From the sequence record JAKSYS010000061.1: DNA of 32,000 nt. The stretch is one strand, 5' to 3'. This document shows positions 1 through 12,850 of this stretch, in pieces. A program made the position numbers and the translations under genes. The notes beneath the pieces are model-generated. The model did not search any database. It saw nothing but the letters and a program-made list of their open reading frames with translations, and was not told where the DNA came from. How positions within the stretch are numbered: position 1 is the first letter of the stretch; each line of letters starts with the position of its first letter.

Positions 1-76
1 CAATGATATAGTTAAAGAAAATAGAACTAAAGCTAAAGAAACTAGAGACAAAAATAAACAAAAAGATAATGAATAA
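1..76 (+). CDS. possible 3' end of an unidentified CDS entering from upstream of the window
   Basis: The frame starting at nt 2 is open for 24 codons (NDIVKENRTKAKETRDKNKQKDNE) up to TAA at 74-76. A stem-loop follows, shared with convergent thiG. Too short to identify. Confidence 0.25.
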   Translation, partial: NDIVKENRTKAKETRDKNKQKDNE

Positions 77-112
77 TTTTTAAAAAATATTATAAAAATT
101 ATTAAATTTTAA

Positions 113-146
113 AAAATTCTAACTACTAAGAAGTAGTTAGAATTTT
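113..146. repeat. perfect 14-bp stem-loop between convergent gene ends; likely 3' processing/stability element
   Basis: aaaattctaactac (113-126) is the exact reverse complement of gtagttagaatttt (133-146), with a 6-nt loop. The right arm ends 1 nt before the thiG stop codon (147-149). Confidence 0.8.
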
Positions 147-950
147 CTAAATTCGACTAATTTGATCAGTCGGTGAACTTGGATTTGCATAATATTTTTT
201 TTCCATAGTACCCGCTAAATAACCTAGACGACCTGCACGAACCGCTAATTTCATAGCTTCGGCCATCTGACTTGGATTTTTAGATTGTGCGACAGCTGTA
301 TTTAAAAGTACACCATCCGCCCCTAATTCTAGAGATTGCGCAGCTTCACTAGGAGTTCCAATTCCTGCATCTATGATAACAGGTATACTCGCATTTTCAA
401 TAATAATTTTAATATTTTCTAAATTATTTAATCCTTGACCAGACCCAATAGGTGAACCTAACGGCATTACGGTAGCACATCCTAAATCCTCTAAATGTAG
501 TGCAAGCATTGGATCCGCATTGATATACGGTAATACAGTAAATCCATTTTTAACTAAAAACTCAGCAGCTTTTAATGTTCCTATTGGATCAGGTAATAAG
601 TATTTTGGATCAGAAATAACTTCTAATTTTATAAAGAAATTATCTGATTGGCCTAATTGGCAAGCTAACTCATGTCCTAAAAACGCCATTCGAATAGCTT
701 CTTCTGCTGTTTGAGAACCTGCTGTATTAGGTAATAGCCAAAGCTTATCCCAATTTAAGGCTCCTAAAAAAGTTGTATGATCATTTTTCAAGTTAGCGGG
801 TAATCTTCTTATAGCTACTGTAATTATTTCAGATTCACTACTTTCAATACTATTTACAACATCTGTAACACTACGATATTTACCTGTACCTAACATCAAA
901 CGTGAATTGAATTGCTTATTCCCAATTTTTAATTTGTCATGTTTTTCCAT
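147..950 (-). CDS. thiG: thiazole synthase ThiG
   Basis: 267-aa ATG ORF with typical ThiG blocks ([42 protein letters not shown]). Confidence 0.93.
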   Translation of the reverse strand: MEKHDKLKIGNKQFNSRLMLGTGKYRSVTDVVNSIESSESEIITVAIRRLPANLKNDHTTFLGALNWDKLWLLPNTAGSQTAEEAIRMAFLGHELACQLGQSDNFFIKLEVISDPKYLLPDPIGTLKAAEFLVKNGFTVLPYINADPMLALHLEDLGCATVMPLGSPIGSGQGLNNLENIKIIIENASIPVIIDAGIGTPSEAAQSLELGADGVLLNTAVAQSKNPSQMAEAMKLAVRAGRLGYLAGTMEKKYYANPSSPTDQISRI

Positions 951-972
951 AATATTTTTTACTATTTTAAAA

Positions 973-1044
973 CTCCCCAGGTAGGACTTGAACCTACGGC
1001 CAATCGGTTAACAGCCGATTGCTCTACCACTGAGCTACTGAGGA
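973..1044 (-). tRNA. trnN: tRNA-Asn (GUU)
   Basis: The reverse complement folds as a 72-nt cloverleaf: acceptor TCCTCAG/CTGGGGA, anticodon loop CTGTTAA, T-arm GTAGG-TTCAAGT-CCTAC. Confidence 0.93.
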
Positions 1045-1087
1045 TATCAGTAATGCCCTAATAATACTATAAATTAATTAAAAAGAC

Positions 1088-1152
1088 AAACAAAATAATT
1101 TTTAATTTGATAAAATTGTGAGAATTTTATCAAATTAAAAATTATTTTGTTT
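1088..1152. repeat. perfect 30-bp stem-loop abutting the rps6 stop codon
   Basis: Positions 1088-1117 are the exact reverse complement of 1123-1152, with a 5-nt loop (gtgag). The rps6 stop codon is at 1153-1155. Confidence 0.9.
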
Positions 1153-1443
1153 TTATTTGTTTACAACTAGAAAACGTAAAACTTTTGAATCTAATTTTAA
1201 AGTAGCTAAAAATGTTTCAATATATTTAGGCATACTTGAAAAATTTAATTGGATATAGTTTCCTTTTGATTTATCAACAATTGGGTATGCTAATTTATGT
1301 TTTCCGCGTGAAATTACCGAAATATCACAAACGTTAAATTTTCTTAAATTTTTTGCATAATTAAAAACCCAGCTTTTTAATTCACTATCATTGAATTCTT
1401 CAGTTAACAATATCATTATTTCATATTTTCTTAACAATTCCAT
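1153..1443 (-). CDS. rps6: 30S ribosomal protein S6
   Basis: 96-aa ATG ORF with an S6-like N-terminus (YEIMILL...) and the size expected for plastid rps6. Confidence 0.85.
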   Translation of the reverse strand: MELLRKYEIMILLTEEFNDSELKSWVFNYAKNLRKFNVCDISVISRGKHKLAYPIVDKSKGNYIQLNFSSMPKYIETFLATLKLDSKVLRFLVVNK

Positions 1444-1593
1444 AAGTAAAATTTATCTTTTCATAATTAACAAATATAATACTTTGAATTAATTATGAAT
1501 GTCAATTCTATATTATCGTGAAATAGAGAATATAATTTTTCTATTAGTGGTATAAATTGTTGCACTTTAAAATAATAGAATGCAGAAATAAAT

Positions 1594-1621
1594 TTGATAT
1601 CTTTTAGTAAAATAATATAAT
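1594..1621 (+). promoter_or_regulatory. candidate sigma70-type (PEP) promoter for ccsA
   Basis: TTGATA (1594-1599), a 16-nt spacer, then TATAAT (1616-1621), 40 nt upstream of the ATG at 1661. GGAG at 1650-1653 lies 7 nt before that ATG. Such matches also occur by chance in AT-rich DNA. Confidence 0.35.
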
Positions 1622-1660
1622 AGAAAGCATCTTATTTAAAAATCTTATTGGAGAAATTTA

Positions 1661-2598
1661 ATGGATTGGAATGAAATTCAAAATTCGTCATCAAATCTGG
1701 TTTTTGCTATATTATTAATTGCAATGATTTCTTATTGGGTTAATTTATCATTTTTAATAAAAGTGATCTTTTATCAAATTTTGGTAAATTATCGGCCACA
1801 ATTGCAAGTGGTTTATTGTTTTTCGTGCTTTGTTCAAGATGGATTGTTGCAGGTTATTTTCCATTAAGTAATTTATATGAATCTTTGTTATTTTTAACTT
1901 GGACATTATTAACACTATATCTTTACATTGAATCACAAACAAAAAGTAAACTAATAGGAGCAATTTTAATCCCTGTAGCTTTATTAATTAATGGGTTTAG
2001 TAATTTAACACTTTCTCCAGAAATGCAAAAAGCAAGTCCACTTGTTCCTGCTTTACAATCTAATTGGTTAATGATGCATGTTAGTATGATGTTATTAAGT
2101 TATGGGACATTAATTATGGGATCATTACTATGCATTCTATTTTTAGTTATTTCGCAATACAGAGAAGTTGATTTAAAACAAGTGGATGAAACCTCTACAC
2201 CACTTTATAATATTATGCTAGATTATTATGAAGCTAAACTTGTATCACCACAAAATAATGTTTCTGAATTAGGTAAATTGAAACTTTTACAAAGTTTAGA
2301 CAATTGGAGTTATAGAATTATAGGTTTAGGATTTCCTTTTTTAACGATAGGAATTATCGCTGGTGGCGTATGGGCAAATGAAGCTTGGGGATCGTATTGG
2401 AGTTGGGATCCAAAAGAGACTTGGGCTCTTATTACATGGATTGTTTTTGCTGTTTATCTACATGCAAGAATAACAAAAGGTTGGGAAGGAAAAAGAACTG
2501 CTATCTTAGGAGGTTTGGGGTTTTTCGTTATTTGGATTTGTTATTTAGGTGTAAATTTCTTAGGTAAAGGTTTACATAGTTATGGATGGGTTTCATAA
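1661..2598 (+). CDS. ccsA: cytochrome c biogenesis protein CcsA (ycf5), reading frame interrupted once
   Basis: The N-terminal TM helix (MDWNEIQNSSSNLVFAILLIAMISYWVNLSF) is in frame 2. The rest, including SRWIVAGYFPLSNLYESLLF and the WGSYWSWDPKETWALITW tryptophan-rich motif, is in frame 1, which opens at 1744. Total span is 938 nt, one short of a multiple of 3. Confidence 0.85.
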
Positions 2599-2636
2599 AA
2601 AATAAAGGAATTGTAATTTATTATTCCTTTATTTTT
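2598..2636. repeat. 14-bp stem-loop between convergent ccsA and psaC
   Basis: aaaaataaaggaat (2598-2611) is the exact reverse complement of attcctttattttt (2623-2636), with an 11-nt loop. It starts inside the ccsA stop codon. Confidence 0.75.
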
Positions 2637-2654
2637 ATTTAAATTTTTTTTTAG

Positions 2655-2912
<258 letters not shown>

Positions 2913-2983
2913 TTATAATTTTTAATTTATTAATAGTAATTTTTAAAAGTCAATCATAACTGAAAATATTTTCGGCTAATATA

Positions 2984-3100
2984 TTAACGTTGGCGTGATA
3001 ATCTTTGAACTTGTTGAATAGCTAAACGACCAATATTGAATAAAGCCCATGATGCAGCTACGAAAATTGGAGCACCAATTACTAATAAACGAGTATCCAT
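2984..3100 (-). CDS. psbY: photosystem II protein PsbY (ycf32)
   Basis: Hand translation of the minus strand gives the 38-aa [38 protein letters not shown]. It has a single TM helix and a basic tail, matching my memory of PsbY. Too short to appear in the ORF track. Confidence 0.75.
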   Translation of the reverse strand: MDTRLLVIGAPIFVAASWALFNIGRLAIQQVQRLSRQR

Positions 3101-3247
3101 ATGTTATAATCCTTATAAAAATAGTTAAATTAAATACAGAAAATAATATTAATATGCAGTTATATTATTGTACATTTACATTATATACAAAATTTTAAAT
3201 ATTTATAAGAAATATCAAGATAGAAATTTTTTCAATTATGTCTAAAA

Positions 3248-3372
3248 ACTTTGGCATTGAGCTATTTTTCCGGGAGATGTCTCTCCAAGTATTTTCGCCG
3301 ATTTATAACGTTTCACAACTGAGTTCGAAATGGATCAGTGTGGTTCCGCCAATACACTAAAAACACCAAAGC
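3248..3372 (-). rRNA. rrn5: 5S rRNA (ends within about 5 nt)
   Basis: The reverse complement begins GCTTTGGTG and ends GCCAAAGT (helix I). It contains GGAACCACACTGATCCATTTCGAACTCAG, a conserved 5S core. Confidence 0.85.
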
Positions 3373-3396
3373 AAAAATCTACGATAGAGTAGATAA

Positions 3397-3448
3397 AAAC
3401 CAATCGATTCTAAAGTATTAAATTCAATACTTTAGAATCGATTGGTTT
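3397..3448. repeat. perfect 23-bp stem-loop in the 23S-5S spacer
   Basis: Positions 3397-3419 are the exact reverse complement of 3426-3448, with a 6-nt loop (aaattc). It lies about 8 nt after the 23S 3' end and 25 nt before the 5S 5' end on the minus strand. Confidence 0.9.
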
Positions 3449-3455
3449 GATTAAA

Positions 3456-6336
<2,881 letters not shown>

Positions 6337-6394
6337 AAAACAACTAAGATATTAAAATATCTAGCTTGAATTTTAGTTTATATTACTAATTTTT

Positions 6395-6467
6395 TGGAGG
6401 TAAGCGGATTCGAACCGCTGACAACCGCCGTGCAAAGGCGATGCTCTACCAGCTGAGCTATACCCCC
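6395..6467 (-). tRNA. trnA: tRNA-Ala (UGC), intronless
   Basis: 73-nt cloverleaf with acceptor GGGGGTA/TACCTCC, including the G3:U70 alanine identity pair, and anticodon loop TTTGCAC. Confidence 0.95.
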
Positions 6468-6469
6468 GT

Positions 6470-6543
<74 letters not shown>

Positions 6544-6594
6544 GTTTTTTATGGAATATTTTTAAACTCGACTTTTAATTTTTTATAAAAATTT

Positions 6595-8076
<1,482 letters not shown>

Positions 8077-8220
8077 TGTCCTTGAATTTTTTGTTTGTTT
8101 TTTTTAAATTTTGTCCATAAGGCTGCAAATAAAGATACCGAGGCTTATCTAAAAATTTAAGATAGATAAAAAAAAATTAATATAACTTTAGTATATTTAA
8201 AATATTAATTTTATCAGTTC

Positions 8221-8275
8221 TATATTTATTCTATACTCATATAGTAAATTAAAACATCAATATAGAATAAATATA
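8221..8275. repeat. 15-bp stem with 25-nt loop just downstream of ycf89
   Basis: tatatttattctata (8221-8235) is the reverse complement of tatagaataaatata (8261-8275). The ycf89 stop codon is at 8280-8282. Confidence 0.55.
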
Positions 8276-8279
8276 AAAG

Positions 8280-9331
8280 TTATAAAATTAAATCTGAAAG
8301 AAAAGAAAAATAACTTTCAAATTCATGTGTAACAGTGTGACCAATTTCTTCAACACTAGAAAAATTACTACTTATTATTAAATTTGAACTTGCCTGTTCA
8401 AGAGGTATTAAATTTAAAGAAATTTGTTTTAAAGAAGTTTTTAATAAATCTGATTGATTAATAATTCGGTCAGGTAAGAATTGAATATCAACATTCTTAT
8501 AGGCTTCTTGCATGTATTTTAAAATGTCTGGCCTATCATTGTACCAAAACTCTCTTATTTCATTGGGGATTGGGTATTTATACCACAAAATTGGTAAATA
8601 TTTAAAGATTAATACATCTTTAATATCTCCGTTAACTATAGCTTTTCCTGGAACACCTTCACTAGGTAAAAAAGGCATTGTAAATACTAAATGATTTAAA
8701 GAATCTGCAGCTTTTCCTATAAGAGTTAATAACAATGGAGTTGCTAGTCCTATTCCACCTACTACAGGCATAAGTCCAATTGCATATTCTTCAATCCAAT
8801 CAACAAAAGCAATGAAATATGCTATAGGAAAAGTATAAGGGTTTATACTAATTAGCCATGCAATAAAAATCCGAAATGAAATCATATAATAATAGGTAAC
8901 CAAAATAGCAAAAACTACTTCCCGGCAAACCTCCAAAATGAAATATCTAAACAAAAATGACATTGGACTTGAAGAAATTCCGAAACCCAATTTGGTAAAA
9001 AAATAATATTTTTATAGTTCTCCATATAAAAACTATAAAATCCATCTGTATTACTTTCATAGAATATTCTAGGAATAGGTGAAGGCTTTGGAGAATCACC
9101 TATTAAAATTTCAATATAATTCTGAGGATGCGTATCTGGTGGAAAACGTACTGTACGAATAGGTAAATTTTCAGCCAATGATTTTGGATTCCAATAATAT
9201 CGCTTTAAAGGAGTTAATAGCATACCTGGATTGTCAGGAAATCCAAAAATACCAGCTAATTTTTGAAAACTGAAGCCAACAAAATTAAAAAATTCCTCTC
9301 GTAATTCTAACAACCGTTCGCGAATTGTCAT
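8280..9331 (-). CDS. ycf89: conserved plastid membrane ORF in the position of diatom ycf89, reading frame interrupted once
   Basis: Two overlapping ORFs (9331-8915 and 8990-8280) join into one 350-codon frame if the A7 run at 8997-9003 is lengthened by 1 nt. The name is assigned from its position between trnP and rns, from memory of diatom plastid maps, not from a search. Confidence 0.6.
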
Positions 9332-9371
9332 AAGAATTTCTTTAAATTAGATTTATAAAGGTACAAAAATC

Positions 9372-9400
9372 ATTATATTGTAGAGAAAATTATACGTCAA
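9372..9400 (-). promoter_or_regulatory. candidate sigma70-type (PEP) promoter for ycf89
   Basis: On the minus strand: TTGACG (9400-9395), a 17-nt spacer, then TATAAT (9377-9372), about 40 nt upstream of the ycf89 ATG (9331). Confidence 0.4.
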
Positions 9401-9432
9401 GTCTGTCAATCTCTATCAAGTAGGTTCATTAA

Positions 9433-9506
9433 TCGGGATAGTAGGATTTGAACCTACGACCCCCTGCTCCCAAAGCAGGTGCTCTACCAAGCTGAGCTAT
9501 ATCCCG
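9433..9506 (-). tRNA. trnP: tRNA-Pro (UGG)
   Basis: 74-nt cloverleaf with acceptor CGGGATA/TATCCCG, anticodon loop TTTGGGA and T-arm GTAGG-TTCAAAT-CCTAC. Confidence 0.93.
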
Positions 9507-9898
9507 AATGCAAAAGTTATTTAAAGATTACACCTAAAGTTAACATAATTTGAGTTAGAAGACAAGTTTGTATTTTATCTAAATTTAATTAACGACTAAA
9601 AATTTAGTTCCAACATTTTAATACCACACAATAAAATTTAGATAATAAAAAAGTAGAAAAAGAGTTGCTAACTAAACTTTAAAAAAATAAGAAAAATTTT
9701 TAACATTTAAATATTGGAATAGTTTCAATTTAGTAAACATAAGATAACTAAATCGGCAGACCATGACTTCAATTATTAGGGAAATAGTAATTCTTACAAT
9801 TACCCTAATCCATTTTTTTACTATTTTTTAAATTTTTTCTATTTCGATAATAATTTAATGTATAATACTATAATGAAAACTCATATTTAAATAGATAA

Positions 9899-11245
9899 TT
9901 AATAACTAATTTTTGAAAATAAGCGAACTAATTGATAGTAACTGATAGTATTAAAACTATATATTGGTATATCGCATCTATTGGCAAATTGAGTCAAACT
10001 AATATTTTTATTCAAATGTTTTTTTAATCCTATAATGATACTAGCTTTTTTAACTTCATTTGTTAAAATAAAATTTATACCCATACGTAAAAGTACTTCT
10101 TTTAGTAAATTATTCGAAATGGAATAAGGATATATTATTAATAGTTTTGACTTTAATTTTAACGAATTTTCGTGTTTCAATTCATTAATAGAAAACCAAT
10201 TTAAAGTTGGTAAAAGATTTTGATTATTTAATAAAGAGCCGTATTGAGGTTGAATTCGCTCACTTACTATTTTAATCTTTTCGGGTAATGAAAATAATCT
10301 AATTTGTTCCATGAAACTATCGCCACGTAATAATAAATCAATAGAAGTTTTTACATCTTCATGTATAGTCCATGAATTTTGTTGATTAATTTCTATTAAT
10401 ATTTCAAAAGCAGGATAAGCCTTACGTTCTAAAACAGTTTTTTGTGTTTTTCGTCTTTTAGCTTCATCATCACTAAGTGTTACATATTGTATCCCTCCAA
10501 TTAAATCTGCTAATGGTGGATTTTTAATTAGATTTTGTAAACAATTACCATGCGTAGTTCCTACAAGTTGAACACCTTTTTCAGCAATTGTTCTAGCTGC
10601 TAATACTTCTAATTCTGTTCCTATTTCATCAATAATAATTACTTGAGGCATATGATTTTCTACAGCTTCAATCATTACCTGATGTTGAAGTTCAGTTTTA
10701 GATACTTGCATTCTTCTAGCTCTTCCTATTCCTGAATGCGGGATATCACTTTCTCCAGCTATTTCATTAGATGTATCTATTATAACTACCCGCTTTTCCA
10801 TTTCATCAGCCAATACTCTCCCAATCTCTCGAATAATAGTGGTTTTTCCTACACCAGGTTTACCTAATATTAAGATAGATTGACCTGACTCCAGTAAATC
10901 TCTAATAACAGAAATTGCTCCAAAAATTGAACGCCCGATTCGACAAGTTAAGCCGGTAATTAAAAATTGTCGATTTCGAATACAACTTATTCTATGTAAT
11001 GTTCGTTCAATTCCTGCTCGATTTTCTGTACTAAATTTACTAATTCGTTTAGTTGTATAATCTAAATCTTGCCATGAAATTATTTTTTGAGATAAATATT
11101 CTGGACCAGTAGAAAATCTTGCTTCAGGTCTTCGACCTAAATCAAGTACGATTTCTATAAGTTGATCGGCATACATATGACTTATTAAATGGTCATAAAG
11201 AAAAAAAGGAAGCTTTTCAAATAATTTTTCTAAATCATCACTCAT
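9899..11245 (-). CDS. ycf45: ycf45, P-loop ATPase (SpoIIIAA/R3H-associated ATPase-like)
   Basis: 448-aa ATG ORF with Walker A (GKPGVGKTT) and Walker B (VIIIDEIG). The conserved N-terminal block [11 protein letters not shown] is typical of ycf45. Confidence 0.85.
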   Translation of the reverse strand: MSDDLEKLFEKLPFFLYDHLISHMYADQLIEIVLDLGRRPEARFSTGPEYLSQKIISWQDLDYTTKRISKFSTENRAGIERTLHRISCIRNRQFLITGLTCRIGRSIFGAISVIRDLLESGQSILILGKPGVGKTTIIREIGRVLADEMEKRVVIIDTSNEIAGESDIPHSGIGRARRMQVSKTELQHQVMIEAVENHMPQVIIIDEIGTELEVLAARTIAEKGVQLVGTTHGNCLQNLIKNPPLADLIGGIQYVTLSDDEAKRRKTQKTVLERKAYPAFEILIEINQQNSWTIHEDVKTSIDLLLRGDSFMEQIRLFSLPEKIKIVSERIQPQYGSLLNNQNLLPTLNWFSINELKHENSLKLKSKLLIIYPYSISNNLLKEVLLRMGINFILTNEVKKASIIIGLKKHLNKNISLTQFANRCDIPIYSFNTISYYQLVRLFSKISY

Positions 11246-11255
11246 AATTTGTTGT

Positions 11256-11341
11256 TAAATTTTCTTATTAATTTTAAATAACACACTGTAGATTATAAAT
11301 ATAATTTCCAGTGTGTTATTTAAAATTAATAAGAAAATTTA
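11256..11341. repeat. perfect 33-bp stem with 20-nt loop between rpl20 and ycf45
   Basis: Positions 11256-11288 are the exact reverse complement of 11309-11341. It lies 2 nt after the rpl20 stop codon and 10 nt before the ycf45 ATG on the minus strand. Confidence 0.9.
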
Positions 11342-11343
11342 CA

Positions 11344-11700
11344 TTATTTTGTTAACGTTTCATCAAAATTTATAATTTTTGAAAATGTTGAATTATCTAA
11401 AATAGCAATTTGAGATAACATTTTACGATTTAAAGCAATTTTAGCATTATTTAATTTATTAATAAAACGACTGTAAGTAATTCCTTCAATTCTTGAAGCA
11501 GCGTTTATTCTCGTAATCCAAACTCTTCGGAAAATTCGTTTCTTCTGTTTTCGATTAACATAAGAATATTTTAATGCTTTCATTACTTGTTGATTGGCTA
11601 CTCTGAAAAGAGCCGAATGTGCACCTCTATAACCACTTGCTATTGTTAAAATTTTATTTCTACGTTTGCGGGCAACATTACCCCGTTTAACTCTAACCAT
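11344..11700 (-). CDS. rpl20: 50S ribosomal protein L20
   Basis: 118-aa ORF beginning [18 protein letters not shown], canonical for L20. Confidence 0.95.
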   Translation of the reverse strand: MVRVKRGNVARKRRNKILTIASGYRGAHSALFRVANQQVMKALKYSYVNRKQKKRIFRRVWITRINAASRIEGITYSRFINKLNNAKIALNRKMLSQIAILDNSTFSKIINFDETLTK

Positions 11701-11741
11701 TAGATTTTTTAATTTAAATTAAATTTATAGTTTTTAACTAA

Positions 11742-11939
11742 TTAGTAATAAGGTAACATTAATTTAATAGCATTAGTGTTACTTAAATTGACAGCAACTA
11801 CTTGAGATAATTTTCTTTTTTGTCTATTAGACTTTTTCATTAATAAGTGACCTTTATAAGCATGTCTACGTAAAAATGTATTATTACCAGTAATTTTATA
11901 GCGTTTTGCTGCAGATTTTCTTGTTTTTAATTTTGGCAT
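11742..11939 (-). CDS. rpl35: 50S ribosomal protein L35
   Basis: 65-aa ORF beginning MPKLKTRKSAAKRYK, canonical for L35 and immediately upstream of rpl20. Confidence 0.93.
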   Translation of the reverse strand: MPKLKTRKSAAKRYKITGNNTFLRRHAYKGHLLMKKSNRQKRKLSQVVAVNLSNTNAIKLMLPYY

Positions 11940-11951
11940 AGGATTTTAATA

Positions 11952-12546
11952 TTAAGAATTTTTTATATAATTTTTTGATTTCCAAGGATTAGAATCCAAA
12001 TTTTCAACACCCGAATCCCAATCAACAGGACATATTTGACCAGGATTTTCTTTTACATATTGTATTGAACGTAAAACTCGAAGAATTTCATTAACACTTC
12101 TTCCACATAACAAATTATTTACAGTATAGTATTGAATGATTCCTTCCTTGTCAATAATAAATAAACCTGGAAAAGCAAGTCCGTCTTCTGTCAGTAATTG
12201 ATAATTATTTGTTATTTTTTTGTGTTAAATCAGATATTAGTGGATAATCTAACTCTTTTAAACCATTTTGATAACTTGTGGCTAATAAAAATTGTAAATG
12301 TGAAAATGGACTATCAATAGAAACTGCGAGTATTTGGGCTGATAACTTTTTAAACTCGGAAATTTTATCGTTTAACCTAATTAACTCAGTAACTGAAAGG
12401 GATGTGAAATTTGCTGGATAAAAGACGAGAATCACATACTTTTTTCCTCTATAATCGGATAATCTAATTTTACCCAATTGATTTTTATAAACTCCAATTG
12501 TTAAAAAATTTGGAGCTAATTTTCCAACTTGTAAAGAACTGACCAT
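11952..12546 (-). pseudogene. ycf42: ycf42, 2-Cys peroxiredoxin-like; frameshifted and lacking catalytic residues
   Basis: The N-terminal 113 aa are in the ORF track (12546-12205). The C-terminal 85 codons (ITNNYQLLTEDGLAFPGLFIIDKEGIIQYYTVNN...ICPVDW...KNS*) were hand-translated in another frame down to TAA at 11952-11954. The span is 595 nt, one more than a multiple of 3. The break is pinned to the T7 run at 12215-12221. Confidence 0.7.
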
Positions 12547-12601
12547 AAAGTTTTCTTTAAATTATCAGAATTTCAACAAAAAAATAATATCATATAAAAA
12601 A

Positions 12602-12638
12602 AAAAGTAGAGCAAATAAATTTAAAATACTCTACTTTT
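12602..12638. repeat. 10-bp stem-loop downstream of psaE
   Basis: aaaagtagag (12602-12611) is the reverse complement of ctctactttt (12629-12638). Confidence 0.5.
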
Positions 12639-12655
12639 AAAATATATTAATAATT

Positions 12656-12850
12656 TTATTTAGCCTCAACTTCCACAACTTCTTCAAGTCCAAAGTTATT
12701 TGTGTTAGTACCACTGTAATTAACACTTTCAAATCTAACAACAACAGGGTAACGGATACCACTTTGATCAACTGTTGCTACAGTACCAATTTCATTATAC
12801 CAATAAGATTCAGGTCGTAAAATACGGACTTTTGCTCCACGATTTACCAT
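12656..12850 (-). CDS. psaE: photosystem I subunit IV PsaE
   Basis: 64-aa ORF with [37 protein letters not shown], canonical for PsaE. Confidence 0.95.
   Translation of the reverse strand: MVNRGAKVRILRPESYWYNEIGTVATVDQSGIRYPVVVRFESVNYSGTNTNNFGLEEVVEVEAK

Noticed and set aside
1816-1818. TTG at 1816 as the ccsA start
   Set aside because: CcsA-like sequence continues upstream in this frame to 1744. The first TM helix with a proper ATG, a Shine-Dalgarno-like GGAG and promoter-like boxes is at 1661 in another frame.
8100-8220. A promoter for the rRNA operon upstream of rns (for example CTGATA-16 nt-TATACT on the minus strand near 8190-8217)
   Set aside because: The hexamers match only weakly, and many equally good matches occur in this AT-rich spacer. 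I cannot support a call from sequence alone.
9404-9409. The perfect TTGACA box as a promoter -35 element paired with the TATAAT-like hexamer at 9389-9394
   Set aside because: The spacer is only 9 nt, incompatible with sigma70-type geometry. The adjacent TTGACG box has the correct 17-nt spacing.
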